From: a virus
Taxonomy: Duplodnaviria; Caudoviricetes
Direction: 5' to 3' (one strand)
Virus record (IMG/VR): IMGVR_UViG_3300032237_000145
Location: 1-40,940 of that record
Length of the DNA: 40,940 nucleotides
The position numbers were made by a program, and so were the translations under genes. Position 1 is the first letter of the stretch. Every line of letters begins with the position of its first letter. The notes beneath the pieces were generated by a model. That model made no database searches. It was not told where the DNA came from and saw only the letters and a program-made list of their open reading frames with translations. Shown piece by piece: positions 8,432-15,550 of the stretch.

Positions 8432-9111
8432 ACTGGGAACGTATCGAGCCTTGGGATTATATTGTATCTCATGTGGCTGACGAATATCATAAAAAGTTTA
8501 GCATGGTAGACCGTGAGGACATTCGTCAATCGCTCTATGAATGGTTTGTGTTGCATCCATTGAAGTTGACCGAGTGGGAAGCATTCAGCAAGAAGTCTAC
8601 CCAGAATCTATTGTACCGTTCGCTCCGCAATCAAGCACTTGACTATTGTCAACTATGGAAAGCCAAGACACTTGGCTATGAGATGTCTGATGTATTTTTC
8701 TATGATGCTGCTGTTGTTGAGGCTATCTTGCCAGCCGTACTACGTGGCGATGTAACCGAGACACCTAAGTTGAATCTAGGTATGCCAGGAAGGCCATCTG
8801 CTCCTGCCGAAGGCGGTAATCTAATGGCTATGATGGCTGAGATTAAGGGTGCATTCATAAAGTTAAATGATGAGGATAAAAATATTCTTTATCAGAAGCA
8901 TGCTAACTCACTTACATACGGAGCGATAGCAGAAGAACTTGCACTGCCTAGCGATGATGCTGCCAGAATGCGCCATAAGCGTGCAATCAAGAGGCTGATT
9001 ACACGCCTTGGCGGATTCCGACCTTGGCTAGATGTGGACGTAGAACAGAATGTTGGGCAAGATGAACCCAACGAAAGTAAAGACGAAGAGCAACATGAGG
9101 AAACCGACTAG
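8428..9111 (+). CDS. phage sigma70/ECF-like sigma factor
   Basis: region 2-like 'REDIRQ...LRNQALDY' and region 4 HTH 'LTYGAIAEEL...AARMRHKRAIKRL'. Confidence 0.75.
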   Translation: MNWERIEPWDYIVSHVADEYHKKFSMVDREDIRQSLYEWFVLHPLKLTEWEAFSKKSTQNLLYRSLRNQALDYCQLWKAKTLGYEMSDVFFYDAAVVEAILPAVLRGDVTETPKLNLGMPGRPSAPAEGGNLMAMMAEIKGAFIKLNDEDKNILYQKHANSLTYGAIAEELALPSDDAARMRHKRAIKRLITRLGGFRPWLDVDVEQNVGQDEPNESKDEEQHEETD

Positions 9112-9118
9112 TGTCTCT

Positions 9119-9544
9119 TTACCCATACGTCTCGTTTAAGAAGTTTGCATGTTGCTCTGCAACCTCGAAGTTGTGTGCATCCCTAGCGTACTCTAGTAAG
9201 GCTCCTGGCGTAATCAGGTAGCCCCTAGAGGGGTTAGGTGGGATGTTGCAGTTGATAGGCTTACCATTCTCCCACAGCATCTCCTTGAGTCTGTAGGTTG
9301 GTACAATGATTACGCAATCCTCTAGGACATAAGCCCAATGCGTAGCCTTGGTCGTACGTATACCAGAGGGCTCCCATGACTGGCTTGTCTGTATCCAGCA
9401 CTCTGTCTCTACGTATATATTGCCTGTCTCATGCCATCGCCTATCTGTCTTAACCTCAAGGGTGTCAAGAGATAGCAGGTCGGCTACCTTGCTCTCTCCT
9501 GCTAACCCAGCCCTAAGGTCTAAGTCCCAGTTACTATCTTTCAT
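9119..9544 (-). CDS. PD-(D/E)xK restriction-endonuclease-like protein
   Basis: 'G..GE...D...EVKTD....TGNIYVE...SGI..TKA.HW' pattern common in phages. Confidence 0.65.
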   Translation of the reverse strand: MKDSNWDLDLRAGLAGESKVADLLSLDTLEVKTDRRWHETGNIYVETECWIQTSQSWEPSGIRTTKATHWAYVLEDCVIIVPTYRLKEMLWENGKPINCNIPPNPSRGYLITPGALLEYARDAHNFEVAEQHANFLNETYG

Positions 9545-9654
9545 TTACCCTCCAAGTATTTCTGGAATGCTTTATCCCAGTCGTATGTCTCAAAGTACTG
9601 CTGTATATCTGCAACTATATTGCTACGTAGTTCTGCCATTTCATCTTCCGTCAT
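9541..9654 (-). CDS. 37-aa hypothetical protein (not in track)
   Basis: MTEDEMAELRSNIVADIQQYFETYDWDKAFQKYLEGK; AGGAGG SD; fills the gap exactly with ATGA overlap. Confidence 0.6.
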   Translation of the reverse strand: MTEDEMAELRSNIVADIQQYFETYDWDKAFQKYLEGK

Positions 9655-9831
9655 CTATCCTCCTGTCGAATAGAAGCCCGTCCCGTTGAACTTAACAGGC
9701 GCAGCCGTGTATACTCTAGACATTGGCTCGTTACATGTATCACAATACGGGAGAATCTCTTCCTCCGTCATGCCTCGATTTACAATAACGACCTCGTTAT
9801 CGTTGTTGCATTTGTATTCATAACTAGCCAC
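9655..9831 (-). CDS. FmdB-like zinc-ribbon protein
   Basis: YEYKC...CDTC...FNGTGFYST; likely GTG start overlapping upstream TAG. Confidence 0.75.
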   Translation of the reverse strand: MASYEYKCNNDNEVVIVNRGMTEEEILPYCDTCNEPMSRVYTAAPVKFNGTGFYSTGG

Positions 9832-10214
9832 TAGTACCAGCCCTTTCGCTGATGGAACTTCCACGCAGTGCATGGCGTTCCGTATCTGTGCATGATGTAG
9901 GCAAAGCCCCTGTCAATTTGGAATGGTGGTGGAGTTTGTGTTGACATGCCCAACATTTGCGGGATGCCACCAGCATTCTTCCCCATTACCTTGACCTTGT
10001 TGTATGCCTCGGGTCTCCAGTTGGATTCCTTATGCCATAACTTCTCTAGGCATAGATATTGATTGTCGGCCCATGCCTGAACTGTGTCCTTGGCATAAGC
10101 CTTACTGTCTTCTATCTTCCATTCGCGTACTGGCGTTTCCTCTGTCCGTTTAAACGGATGAAAAGCAAATACCACCGCGAATATAACCAGCACTAGAATT
10201 AACCTTCTTACCAT
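9831..10214 (-). CDS. membrane-anchored lytic transglycosylase (lysozyme-like fold, actinobacterial type)
   Basis: N-terminal TM/signal; 'ESNW', 'GIPQ', 'YIMHRYGTPC.AW......WY'. Confidence 0.8.
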   Translation of the reverse strand: MVRRLILVLVIFAVVFAFHPFKRTEETPVREWKIEDSKAYAKDTVQAWADNQYLCLEKLWHKESNWRPEAYNKVKVMGKNAGGIPQMLGMSTQTPPPFQIDRGFAYIMHRYGTPCTAWKFHQRKGWY

Positions 10215-10216
10215 AT

Positions 10217-10627
10217 TTACCCCCTGACCAGCGGAGATAACACCCTGTAACTGATGAGTGCTCTACCTTGGTCGCTCAGTTTAGTAAAGGTCCTGCCACT
10301 TAGCATGACACGCTCACCTGCAAGCATACCACCCCAAATACCAAAGCCCAAGTTTTCATGCTCCATGCCCTCTTCGAGGCATTCGGCTTTCTTCGGACAT
10401 GAGTTGCATAGGGTGATAGCCCTACGCGTTTCTGCTATCAGTCTGGCGGTGTTCCTCTCGGAACGTGCGCCTTGCGGTACATCAGGGAACCAAGCATCGG
10501 GATTGGAATCCCCATGACAGTTGCCTAGTATTGGCTCAGTCTTCGAACCAAGAATCGTGTTGGCTATCTGGGTCTTCTTCATCGCACTCACATTCCTCTC
10601 CACATTCGTCGCATACCTCATCCTCAT
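10217..10627 (-). CDS. whiB: WhiB-family Fe-S transcription regulator
   Basis: C...CxxC-x5-C and GIWGG motif; true start uncertain, possibly 10582. Confidence 0.9.
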   Translation of the reverse strand: MRMRYATNVERNVSAMKKTQIANTILGSKTEPILGNCHGDSNPDAWFPDVPQGARSERNTARLIAETRRAITLCNSCPKKAECLEEGMEHENLGFGIWGGMLAGERVMLSGRTFTKLSDQGRALISYRVLSPLVRG

Positions 10628-10670
10628 CTAAGGCAAAGGGGTCTCCCTCTAGCCACCTTGGTTCACTCAC
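10536..10670 (-). CDS. 44-aa acidic Cys-rich protein (not in track)
   Basis: MSEPRWLEGDPFALDEDEVCDECGEECECDEEDPDSQHDSWFED; GTG start overlapping the end of the upstream gene. Confidence 0.55.
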   Translation of the reverse strand: MSEPRWLEGDPFALDEDEVCDECGEECECDEEDPDSQHDSWFED

Positions 10671-10869
10671 CTGCCACCCCCGCATCTGTCGCATCACCGA
10701 CTGTTGGAATATCTATACGTATCGCATCAAAGATAGCGCCATCAAAGTAGAGAGCGCCGTAATTATCGGCAACGCAGTCCTTGGCTCTACTTATAGCCTC
10801 GTCTGCGGTATCTGCCTCAATCTCGTACCTATCCATATGTCGCACATCAATCAAGTATGTCGCCATCAT
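10663..10869 (-). CDS. small acidic hypothetical protein
   Basis: 'YEIEADTADEA' motif; similar to neighbour 10847-11059. Confidence 0.6.
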   Translation of the reverse strand: MMATYLIDVRHMDRYEIEADTADEAISRAKDCVADNYGALYFDGAIFDAIRIDIPTVGDATDAGVAGE

Positions 10870-11059
10870 CTTCCTCCTCTTCTTCAACCATATCCACTAC
10901 AACCTTCTGAATCTCTCCATGAAAGAGATTATCCTGCCATTCATAGGTGGCGAGTTCACTTGCTTGCATGTCATCATCTGCCTCAAGAGTGAAGTAGAAC
11001 TTGACAGTTACCTCTGCTTCGTACTGTACCGCATCATCTGATGGTTGTGGTCGCATCAT
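10847..11059 (-). CDS. small very acidic hypothetical protein
   Basis: 'FTLEADDDMQA' motif, poly-E tail. Confidence 0.6.
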   Translation of the reverse strand: MMRPQPSDDAVQYEAEVTVKFYFTLEADDDMQASELATYEWQDNLFHGEIQKVVVDMVEEEEEDDGDILD

Positions 11060-11208
11060 GCCACCTCTCTTAGTAGTAGTCGGACTTCTGCTATGCGTGC
11101 GTTGTGTATCTTCTCATACTCTGCTCTGGTGGTTCCAGTAGTAGATGTCAATAGTTGCAGGTAGTCAATGAGAACTTCCCGTAACTTTTCCTTTTGCTCA
11201 GTTGTCAC
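11056..11208 (-). CDS. 50-aa helical hypothetical protein (not in track)
   Basis: MTTEQKEKLREVLIDYLQLLTSTTGTTRAEYEKIHNARIAEVRLLLREVA; AGGAG SD, GTG start, ATGA overlap. Confidence 0.6.
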   Translation of the reverse strand: MTTEQKEKLREVLIDYLQLLTSTTGTTRAEYEKIHNARIAEVRLLLREVA

Positions 11209-11217
11209 TTGCTTCTC

Positions 11218-11457
11218 CTATCCTCTGTTGAATGCAGGTTGGTAGATAGGTTCTACCACTGCGTTGATTAAATTGTTAGCCCAGTCAATAGCCTCTTCAC
11301 TGGTTGTGAACGGCCCGTAGTATACAACTCCGTCAGAAGTTTGTGTCGAAGTTATCCACCCCGTCACCTCCTGTCCGAATAGAACAGGGGTGACTGAGAT
11401 GTCCTTCTGTCCGTTTAAACGGATGGTGTTACTTTGCGAAATCGAATGGCTTGTCAT
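11218..11457 (-). CDS. hypothetical protein
   Basis: 'YYGPFTTSEEAIDWA' motif; likely ATG at 11457 with GAAAGGAAG SD. Confidence 0.55.
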   Translation of the reverse strand: MTSHSISQSNTIRLNGQKDISVTPVLFGQEVTGWITSTQTSDGVVYYGPFTTSEEAIDWANNLINAVVEPIYQPAFNRG

Positions 11458-12274
11458 AGTACCATGCTTCCTTTCGTTGAGCCATCTTAGCCTTGTCATA
11501 CTGTGGTGTCCAGCATAGGCAAGTATCTTCGTATGAACCATAGCAGTCATAGCATGTGTAGCACATCTCGCAATAGTAAGGATTGGAATCCTCGAAGGCG
11601 AAGGTACCGCAACGGGTGCATTCTGTCTGCTCTACTATATCTACTGAATCCTTGCTACTGGCAGGGGTGGAGAAGTAAGTGCTAGCACCCCATGTAGTAG
11701 TTGATGGTACGTAAGGCTTGTAGCCATTGTTAGACCACCACATGCCCTCGTTATCCCAGTGACCAGCAGACTCGTTGATGATGTAGCACTGCTCCTTAGC
11801 ACTAGGGTCAAGGGTGAATACTACAATCTTGCTACCCTGTGACCACTTGCTAACCATAGCCCACACATGGTCATCATCTAGTGCAGAGACACCGCCCATA
11901 GAAGGCAAGGTATCCTCTGCAAAGATACGCGTATCGCTACGCTTATCGCCAGCACCAATCTTGATATCGAGAATACCATTGTGTGCAAGGTATGTCTCAG
12001 GATTGCTAGGCACCTTGAATGGGTGACAGTTGTCATCATTCTTGACACCATGCGTAGCATAGCGAGCATGGAACATAGCATAACTATTAGGGTACTGCTT
12101 GCGTACTTCTAGGAACTGCTTGATGATTTTCTTGGCAGACATGCCACGACCTGTGACAATGCCATTAGGTGTAATGACTGCAAAGCCGAAGCCATGCGGA
12201 TTATTACATGATGCACACTCAAGGTCTTTCTTCTTGGGCGTGGAGTTAGGTGATGCTACGACGAGTAGGCACAT
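11429..12274 (-). CDS. class II (Ntn) glutamine amidotransferase with C-terminal Cys-rich domain
   Basis: N-terminal nucleophile Met-Cys (MCLLVV), NPHGFG, HARYATHG, NCHPF, HNG, SDT; C-terminal CxxC repeats. Confidence 0.9.
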   Translation of the reverse strand: MCLLVVASPNSTPKKKDLECASCNNPHGFGFAVITPNGIVTGRGMSAKKIIKQFLEVRKQYPNSYAMFHARYATHGVKNDDNCHPFKVPSNPETYLAHNGILDIKIGAGDKRSDTRIFAEDTLPSMGGVSALDDDHVWAMVSKWSQGSKIVVFTLDPSAKEQCYIINESAGHWDNEGMWWSNNGYKPYVPSTTTWGASTYFSTPASSKDSVDIVEQTECTRCGTFAFEDSNPYYCEMCYTCYDCYGSYEDTCLCWTPQYDKAKMAQRKEAWYYDKPFDFAK

Positions 12275-12275
12275 G

Positions 12276-13499
12276 TTATGCACTCACATTCTGTCCGTTT
12301 AAACGGACACTAGGGTCAATGAGACGCGACATGCGCTCATTTAGTTCAGGGTACAAGTCTGCATGAGACTCGATATACTTCATGAAGGAGTCGGTAGTTA
12401 GGCTACCTTCCTTGACTTGGCTGATGGACATTACTCGGGTGTACTCAACGCTGGCGTGCGCTAAGTCTATATGGGATTTGATAGTCATACCCTTGGTGGT
12501 ACCTCGGAAGATACGCATCTCTAGGGTGGCGTGGTTCTGCGTATTTACCGCAGAGTATCGGTCTGTATGACGACCGCTATTTATCTTATCTTTGAATGAG
12601 CGGTATCGTTTATAGTTGCGATACCCATTCTCATCACGCGTACCATTATCTACCACTTGGTCTACGTCGTCGAACTTAGCCCAACGGCTAGACGAGCGAC
12701 CAGCAAGAGCCTCATAGAAGTTCTGATTACTGTATACAAGGTTAAGGAATCGGTGCATGTGAGCACCACCATTGAACCCTGTGCGTGAGATGTGGATATG
12801 TACACCGCATCTACCAGTACCCCATGAGCCTGCATTATATCTGGTACGCAACCCTTCGATTACATCAAAGAGTTCCGTTGCTTGATTCTTGTAGAAGTCA
12901 TGCGACATAGGATGCGTGACTAACTCGAACCCGTTGCTGATTGAACCATCTTGCTTGAGGTACGCCAACTCTAAGGCTTCTAGTTGGTAGGCATACTCTG
13001 ATGCTTCGCCAAGCCCTCTGCCGAACTCCATCTCTAACTCAAGCCCGAAGAATAAACGCTCATTCTTGTCGGTGCTATGAAAGATAGGGTCAGGTCGGTA
13101 TGAGTAGTCATGGATTACTCGACTCTCACTACAAGCGGTACAGCCCATCTCGTTCCACTCGTTGCAATCCTCGCAGTAGAAGGCACTGCTACTAGCACAG
13201 GAATCGCACCAGTAGGTACCTCTATCTTCGATATAGCAACTGCCGTCAGTGCTGTATTCCTCACAGGAATCACACCAACTGGCATGGCTCTCGGTACAGT
13301 TCTGGCACCAGCGTTCGTTGTAATTTACTGTACACCAGTCGTCATTCTCGGTGCCTATGTCATCACAGCGTTCACATATGTAAGCGCAGTCATCACACAC
13401 CTTATCGGCACTATATGAAAGTTGGCATGAATTCTCAGGGTCGATGTCGGTTGCACATACCGCACATACGGACACTGATTCATCTAATGTCTCTGTCAT
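12276..13499 (-). CDS. COOH-NH2 amidoligase (glutamine-synthetase-like fold) with N-terminal multi-CxxC domain
   Basis: FGLELE, DGSI..GFELV, CGVHIH, RY.AVN, TLEMRIF; eight CxxC pairs in the first ~125 aa. Confidence 0.85.
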   Translation of the reverse strand: MTETLDESVSVCAVCATDIDPENSCQLSYSADKVCDDCAYICERCDDIGTENDDWCTVNYNERWCQNCTESHASWCDSCEEYSTDGSCYIEDRGTYWCDSCASSSAFYCEDCNEWNEMGCTACSESRVIHDYSYRPDPIFHSTDKNERLFFGLELEMEFGRGLGEASEYAYQLEALELAYLKQDGSISNGFELVTHPMSHDFYKNQATELFDVIEGLRTRYNAGSWGTGRCGVHIHISRTGFNGGAHMHRFLNLVYSNQNFYEALAGRSSSRWAKFDDVDQVVDNGTRDENGYRNYKRYRSFKDKINSGRHTDRYSAVNTQNHATLEMRIFRGTTKGMTIKSHIDLAHASVEYTRVMSISQVKEGSLTTDSFMKYIESHADLYPELNERMSRLIDPSVRLNGQNVSA

Positions 13500-13564
13500 A
13501 GCCTTTCCAATCTATCCGTTTAAACGGATAACTACATGAACGCACCATGCGCTCAAGTGGTACT

Positions 13565-13593
13565 ATTCTAGCCTACGGGTAAGTTCTTGTCAA
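13565..13593 (-). promoter_or_regulatory. early promoter for amidoligase operon
   Basis: TTGACA-agaacttacccgtaggc(17)-TAGAAT-agt. Confidence 0.8.
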
Positions 13594-13735
13594 TATAGGC
13601 ATTATTCAGACGGGAACGAAGTTCCTGTATCTCAAGCACTAGGGTATCGAACCCATTGCGCTTATGTCCTTCTTCTTGATGACGTAGTGCGCCGACAATG
13701 ACCGACCACTCGCGTTCCGAGATTTCGATATTCAT
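13568..13735 (-). CDS. 55-aa hypothetical protein (not in track)
   Basis: MNIEISEREWSVIVGALRHQEEGHKRNGFDTLVLEIQELRSRLNNAYIDKNLPVG; ATGA-coupled to upstream gene. Confidence 0.6.
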   Translation of the reverse strand: MNIEISEREWSVIVGALRHQEEGHKRNGFDTLVLEIQELRSRLNNAYIDKNLPVG

Positions 13736-13920
13736 CGCTGGAACTCCATGACTGTCTCGAAGACAATATCGTCTAGTTTATCGGTAAGTTCTCGCCACTC
13801 GGCGATGCTAAGGCTATGCCCTAGAATCTCCTGCACCAATTCGTAGTCGAGTTGCGACTCCCACGAAATGTTTGTGTCGGAAAAATTTCTGACGAGTTCG
13901 TCTGCTGATTGGTACGCCAT
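13732..13920 (-). CDS. 62-aa acidic hypothetical protein
   Basis: TAATG-coupled to upstream ORF and ATGA-coupled downstream. Confidence 0.6.
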   Translation of the reverse strand: MAYQSADELVRNFSDTNISWESQLDYELVQEILGHSLSIAEWRELTDKLDDIVFETVMEFQR

Positions 13921-14072
13921 TATCGTACCGCCTTGCGGATACGCTTGGCGATAAGCAATACAGCGACAATACCGATTGCTGTGTAGATGGTGCGAGTGAA
14001 GATGTACACATCTCCGAAGTAGGTAGTAAGGCTTATGCCGTACTTGCTGGCTTCTAGGTTAAATAGTTCCAT
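13920..14072 (-). CDS. 50-aa membrane protein (not in track)
   Basis: MELFNLEASKYGISLTTYFGDVYIFTRTIYTAIGIVAVLLIAKRIRKAVR; AAAGGA SD just downstream of palindrome 14091. Confidence 0.65.
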   Translation of the reverse strand: MELFNLEASKYGISLTTYFGDVYIFTRTIYTAIGIVAVLLIAKRIRKAVR

Positions 14073-14104
14073 ATCATATCCTTTGAACTATCCGTTTAAA
14101 CGGA

Positions 14105-14215
14105 TGAGGTAGCAACTTGCCACCACGCGCTCACCGCAGGACTCGCACCTGCGTAACTACCTATCGTGAGCCACCCCATGCAACCGCCCAATTCGGTGCA
14201 TGGCTATCGCCAATA
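14105..14215 (-). ncRNA. structured non-coding RNA / leader with tRNA-like minihelix
   Basis: hairpin 14176-14203; GCUCAC-GAUAGGUAGUUA-CGCAGG-UGCGAGU-CCUGCG-GUGAGC (14171-14129); hairpin 14108-14124; promoter directly upstream. Confidence 0.55.
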
Positions 14216-14220
14216 AGACT

Positions 14221-14249
14221 ATCCTACCATTGGGGTAAGTTTAGGTCAA
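14221..14249 (-). promoter_or_regulatory. early promoter
   Basis: TTGACC-taaacttaccccaatgg(17)-TAGGAT-agt. Confidence 0.75.
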
Positions 14250-14380
14250 GCCTGCTCGATATTGCTCGACTCGCGCATGGCGCGTACACCGCGCTCATAG
14301 CGTTCACGCTCTGCACGCTTCTCATTGAGGATGTTAGCCTGAACCTCAAGGTGAGAGTTCAGTTCATCTAGGTCAATCAT
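14246..14380 (-). CDS. 44-aa charged helical protein (not in track)
   Basis: MIDLDELNSHLEVQANILNEKRAERERYERGVRAMRESSNIEQA; GGAG SD just downstream of palindrome 14397. Confidence 0.65.
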   Translation of the reverse strand: MIDLDELNSHLEVQANILNEKRAERERYERGVRAMRESSNIEQA

Positions 14381-14457
14381 TCTGTACTCCGTTCTATCCG
14401 TTTAAGCGGATGAGATAGTTGGTTATCAGTAAGAGCAGGACTCTCGCTGATGACACT

Positions 14458-14486
14458 AGTCTACCCTAGAAGAAAGTTTTGGTCAA
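14458..14486 (-). promoter_or_regulatory. early promoter
   Basis: TTGACC-aaaactttcttctaggg(17)-TAGACT-agt. Confidence 0.75.
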
Positions 14487-14598
14487 GCACCCCTAATTCT
14501 TCGTGTCCGTTCAAACGGATGGGGTTGGTGTCATTCGTCAGTCGTTGTTGGTTGTCGTCGCTCGTCGCCTCTCGGTTTGTGTTGGTTTGTGTTGGGGC

Positions 14599-14636
14599 AA
14601 AAAAAATAACCCCACCCCCGAAGGGGTGAGGCTATT
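14599..14636 (-). terminator. intrinsic terminator
   Basis: minus strand AATAGCCTCACCCC-TTCG-GGGGTGGGGTTATTTTTTTT: GC stem, UUCG loop, U-tract. Confidence 0.9.
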
Positions 14637-14651
14637 CTTTCGGCTATCCGT

Positions 14652-15254
14652 TTAAGCGGATGCCATTGCGTTCTCGATTACTGCGTGAATCTCTGCGATA
14701 GAATCCTTCTCGTCTTCTGAGAGGGTATCTACGTCTAGGCTTGAGAAGTAGTTGAGAATCGACTTGAGCGTGTCGGCGTTGGTAGCCTTAGCCTTCTTCG
14801 GGGTAGTTGAGCCTTCCTTACCCTTCGATACCTTAGCCTTGCGCACTGTTGAGATTTCTTTGGTGAGCGCATCAAGAGTCTTAATCTGCTCACCTTTGCC
14901 AACCCCTAGAATATCATAGGATGCCATAGCGGTCGAGAGTTGCTTAGCGATTGGGAGCGTAGCGAACTCTTTGTGTAACTTGCGTAGGTTCATCAGGGTT
15001 GGAATTGCTGGCACATGGCTCGCCTTGATGAAGGACGAGACTTGTCCGTTATCTTCTAAACCCTTAATGAACTTCTTCTTATCTGCAACCGATAGACGGC
15101 TCTCGTTGGTCAATACTTCATGAAGATTGACGATTGAGGCGAATACCTCTTGCTCAGACTTATTCGATACTTTGCAGACGTTAGTCCACGCTGTAACTAT
15201 CTTTGGTGCCTTGATTACTACTACTGCCTTTGTTGCCTTTGTTGATGTAGTCAT
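14652..15254 (-). CDS. 200-aa Lys-rich hypothetical protein, first gene of the early region
   Basis: ATG 15254 with GAAAGGCAG SD; own promoter and terminator. Confidence 0.75.
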   Translation of the reverse strand: MTTSTKATKAVVVIKAPKIVTAWTNVCKVSNKSEQEVFASIVNLHEVLTNESRLSVADKKKFIKGLEDNGQVSSFIKASHVPAIPTLMNLRKLHKEFATLPIAKQLSTAMASYDILGVGKGEQIKTLDALTKEISTVRKAKVSKGKEGSTTPKKAKATNADTLKSILNYFSSLDVDTLSEDEKDSIAEIHAVIENAMASA

Positions 15255-15300
15255 TTCTTTACTGCCTTTCGATTGGGTATGGCGTTGTTGCCATGACCTA

Positions 15301-15329
15301 AATATAGCATCCACCTAACCGATACGCAA
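15301..15329 (-). promoter_or_regulatory. early promoter with extended -10
   Basis: TTGCGT-17 nt ending TGc-TATATT. Confidence 0.65.
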
Positions 15330-15550
15330 CTACCCTCTGAAGTAGGCGTAATACACTTACTTTAGCCCTATGTAATCCGTTTAAACGGATGAATCACGCG
15401 GGGGCATAAGCGTGAGGAGATAGTTCACCATTGAATATACGCCTAGAATAACAATCGAGCCATCTTTTGAGCCGAGGTTTATTAAATCGAGGCGCATATA
15501 TGTATATATACTCCCATAATTATTTTCTGTTATATTTAATGGCCCCCTCA

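Noticed and set aside
9105-9125. Terminator at the convergence of the sigma factor and nuclease genes
   Set aside because: Only 7 nt between the stop codons and no convincing hairpin
10465-10992. 175-aa plus-strand ORF in the early region, also 9348-9689, 13110-13418 and 14117-14371
   Set aside because: Antisense to a tightly coupled set of minus-strand genes with SDs and recognisable motifs
14129-14171. Canonical tRNA gene
   Set aside because: No anticodon arm, no full D-arm and no CCA; kept only as a tRNA-like element
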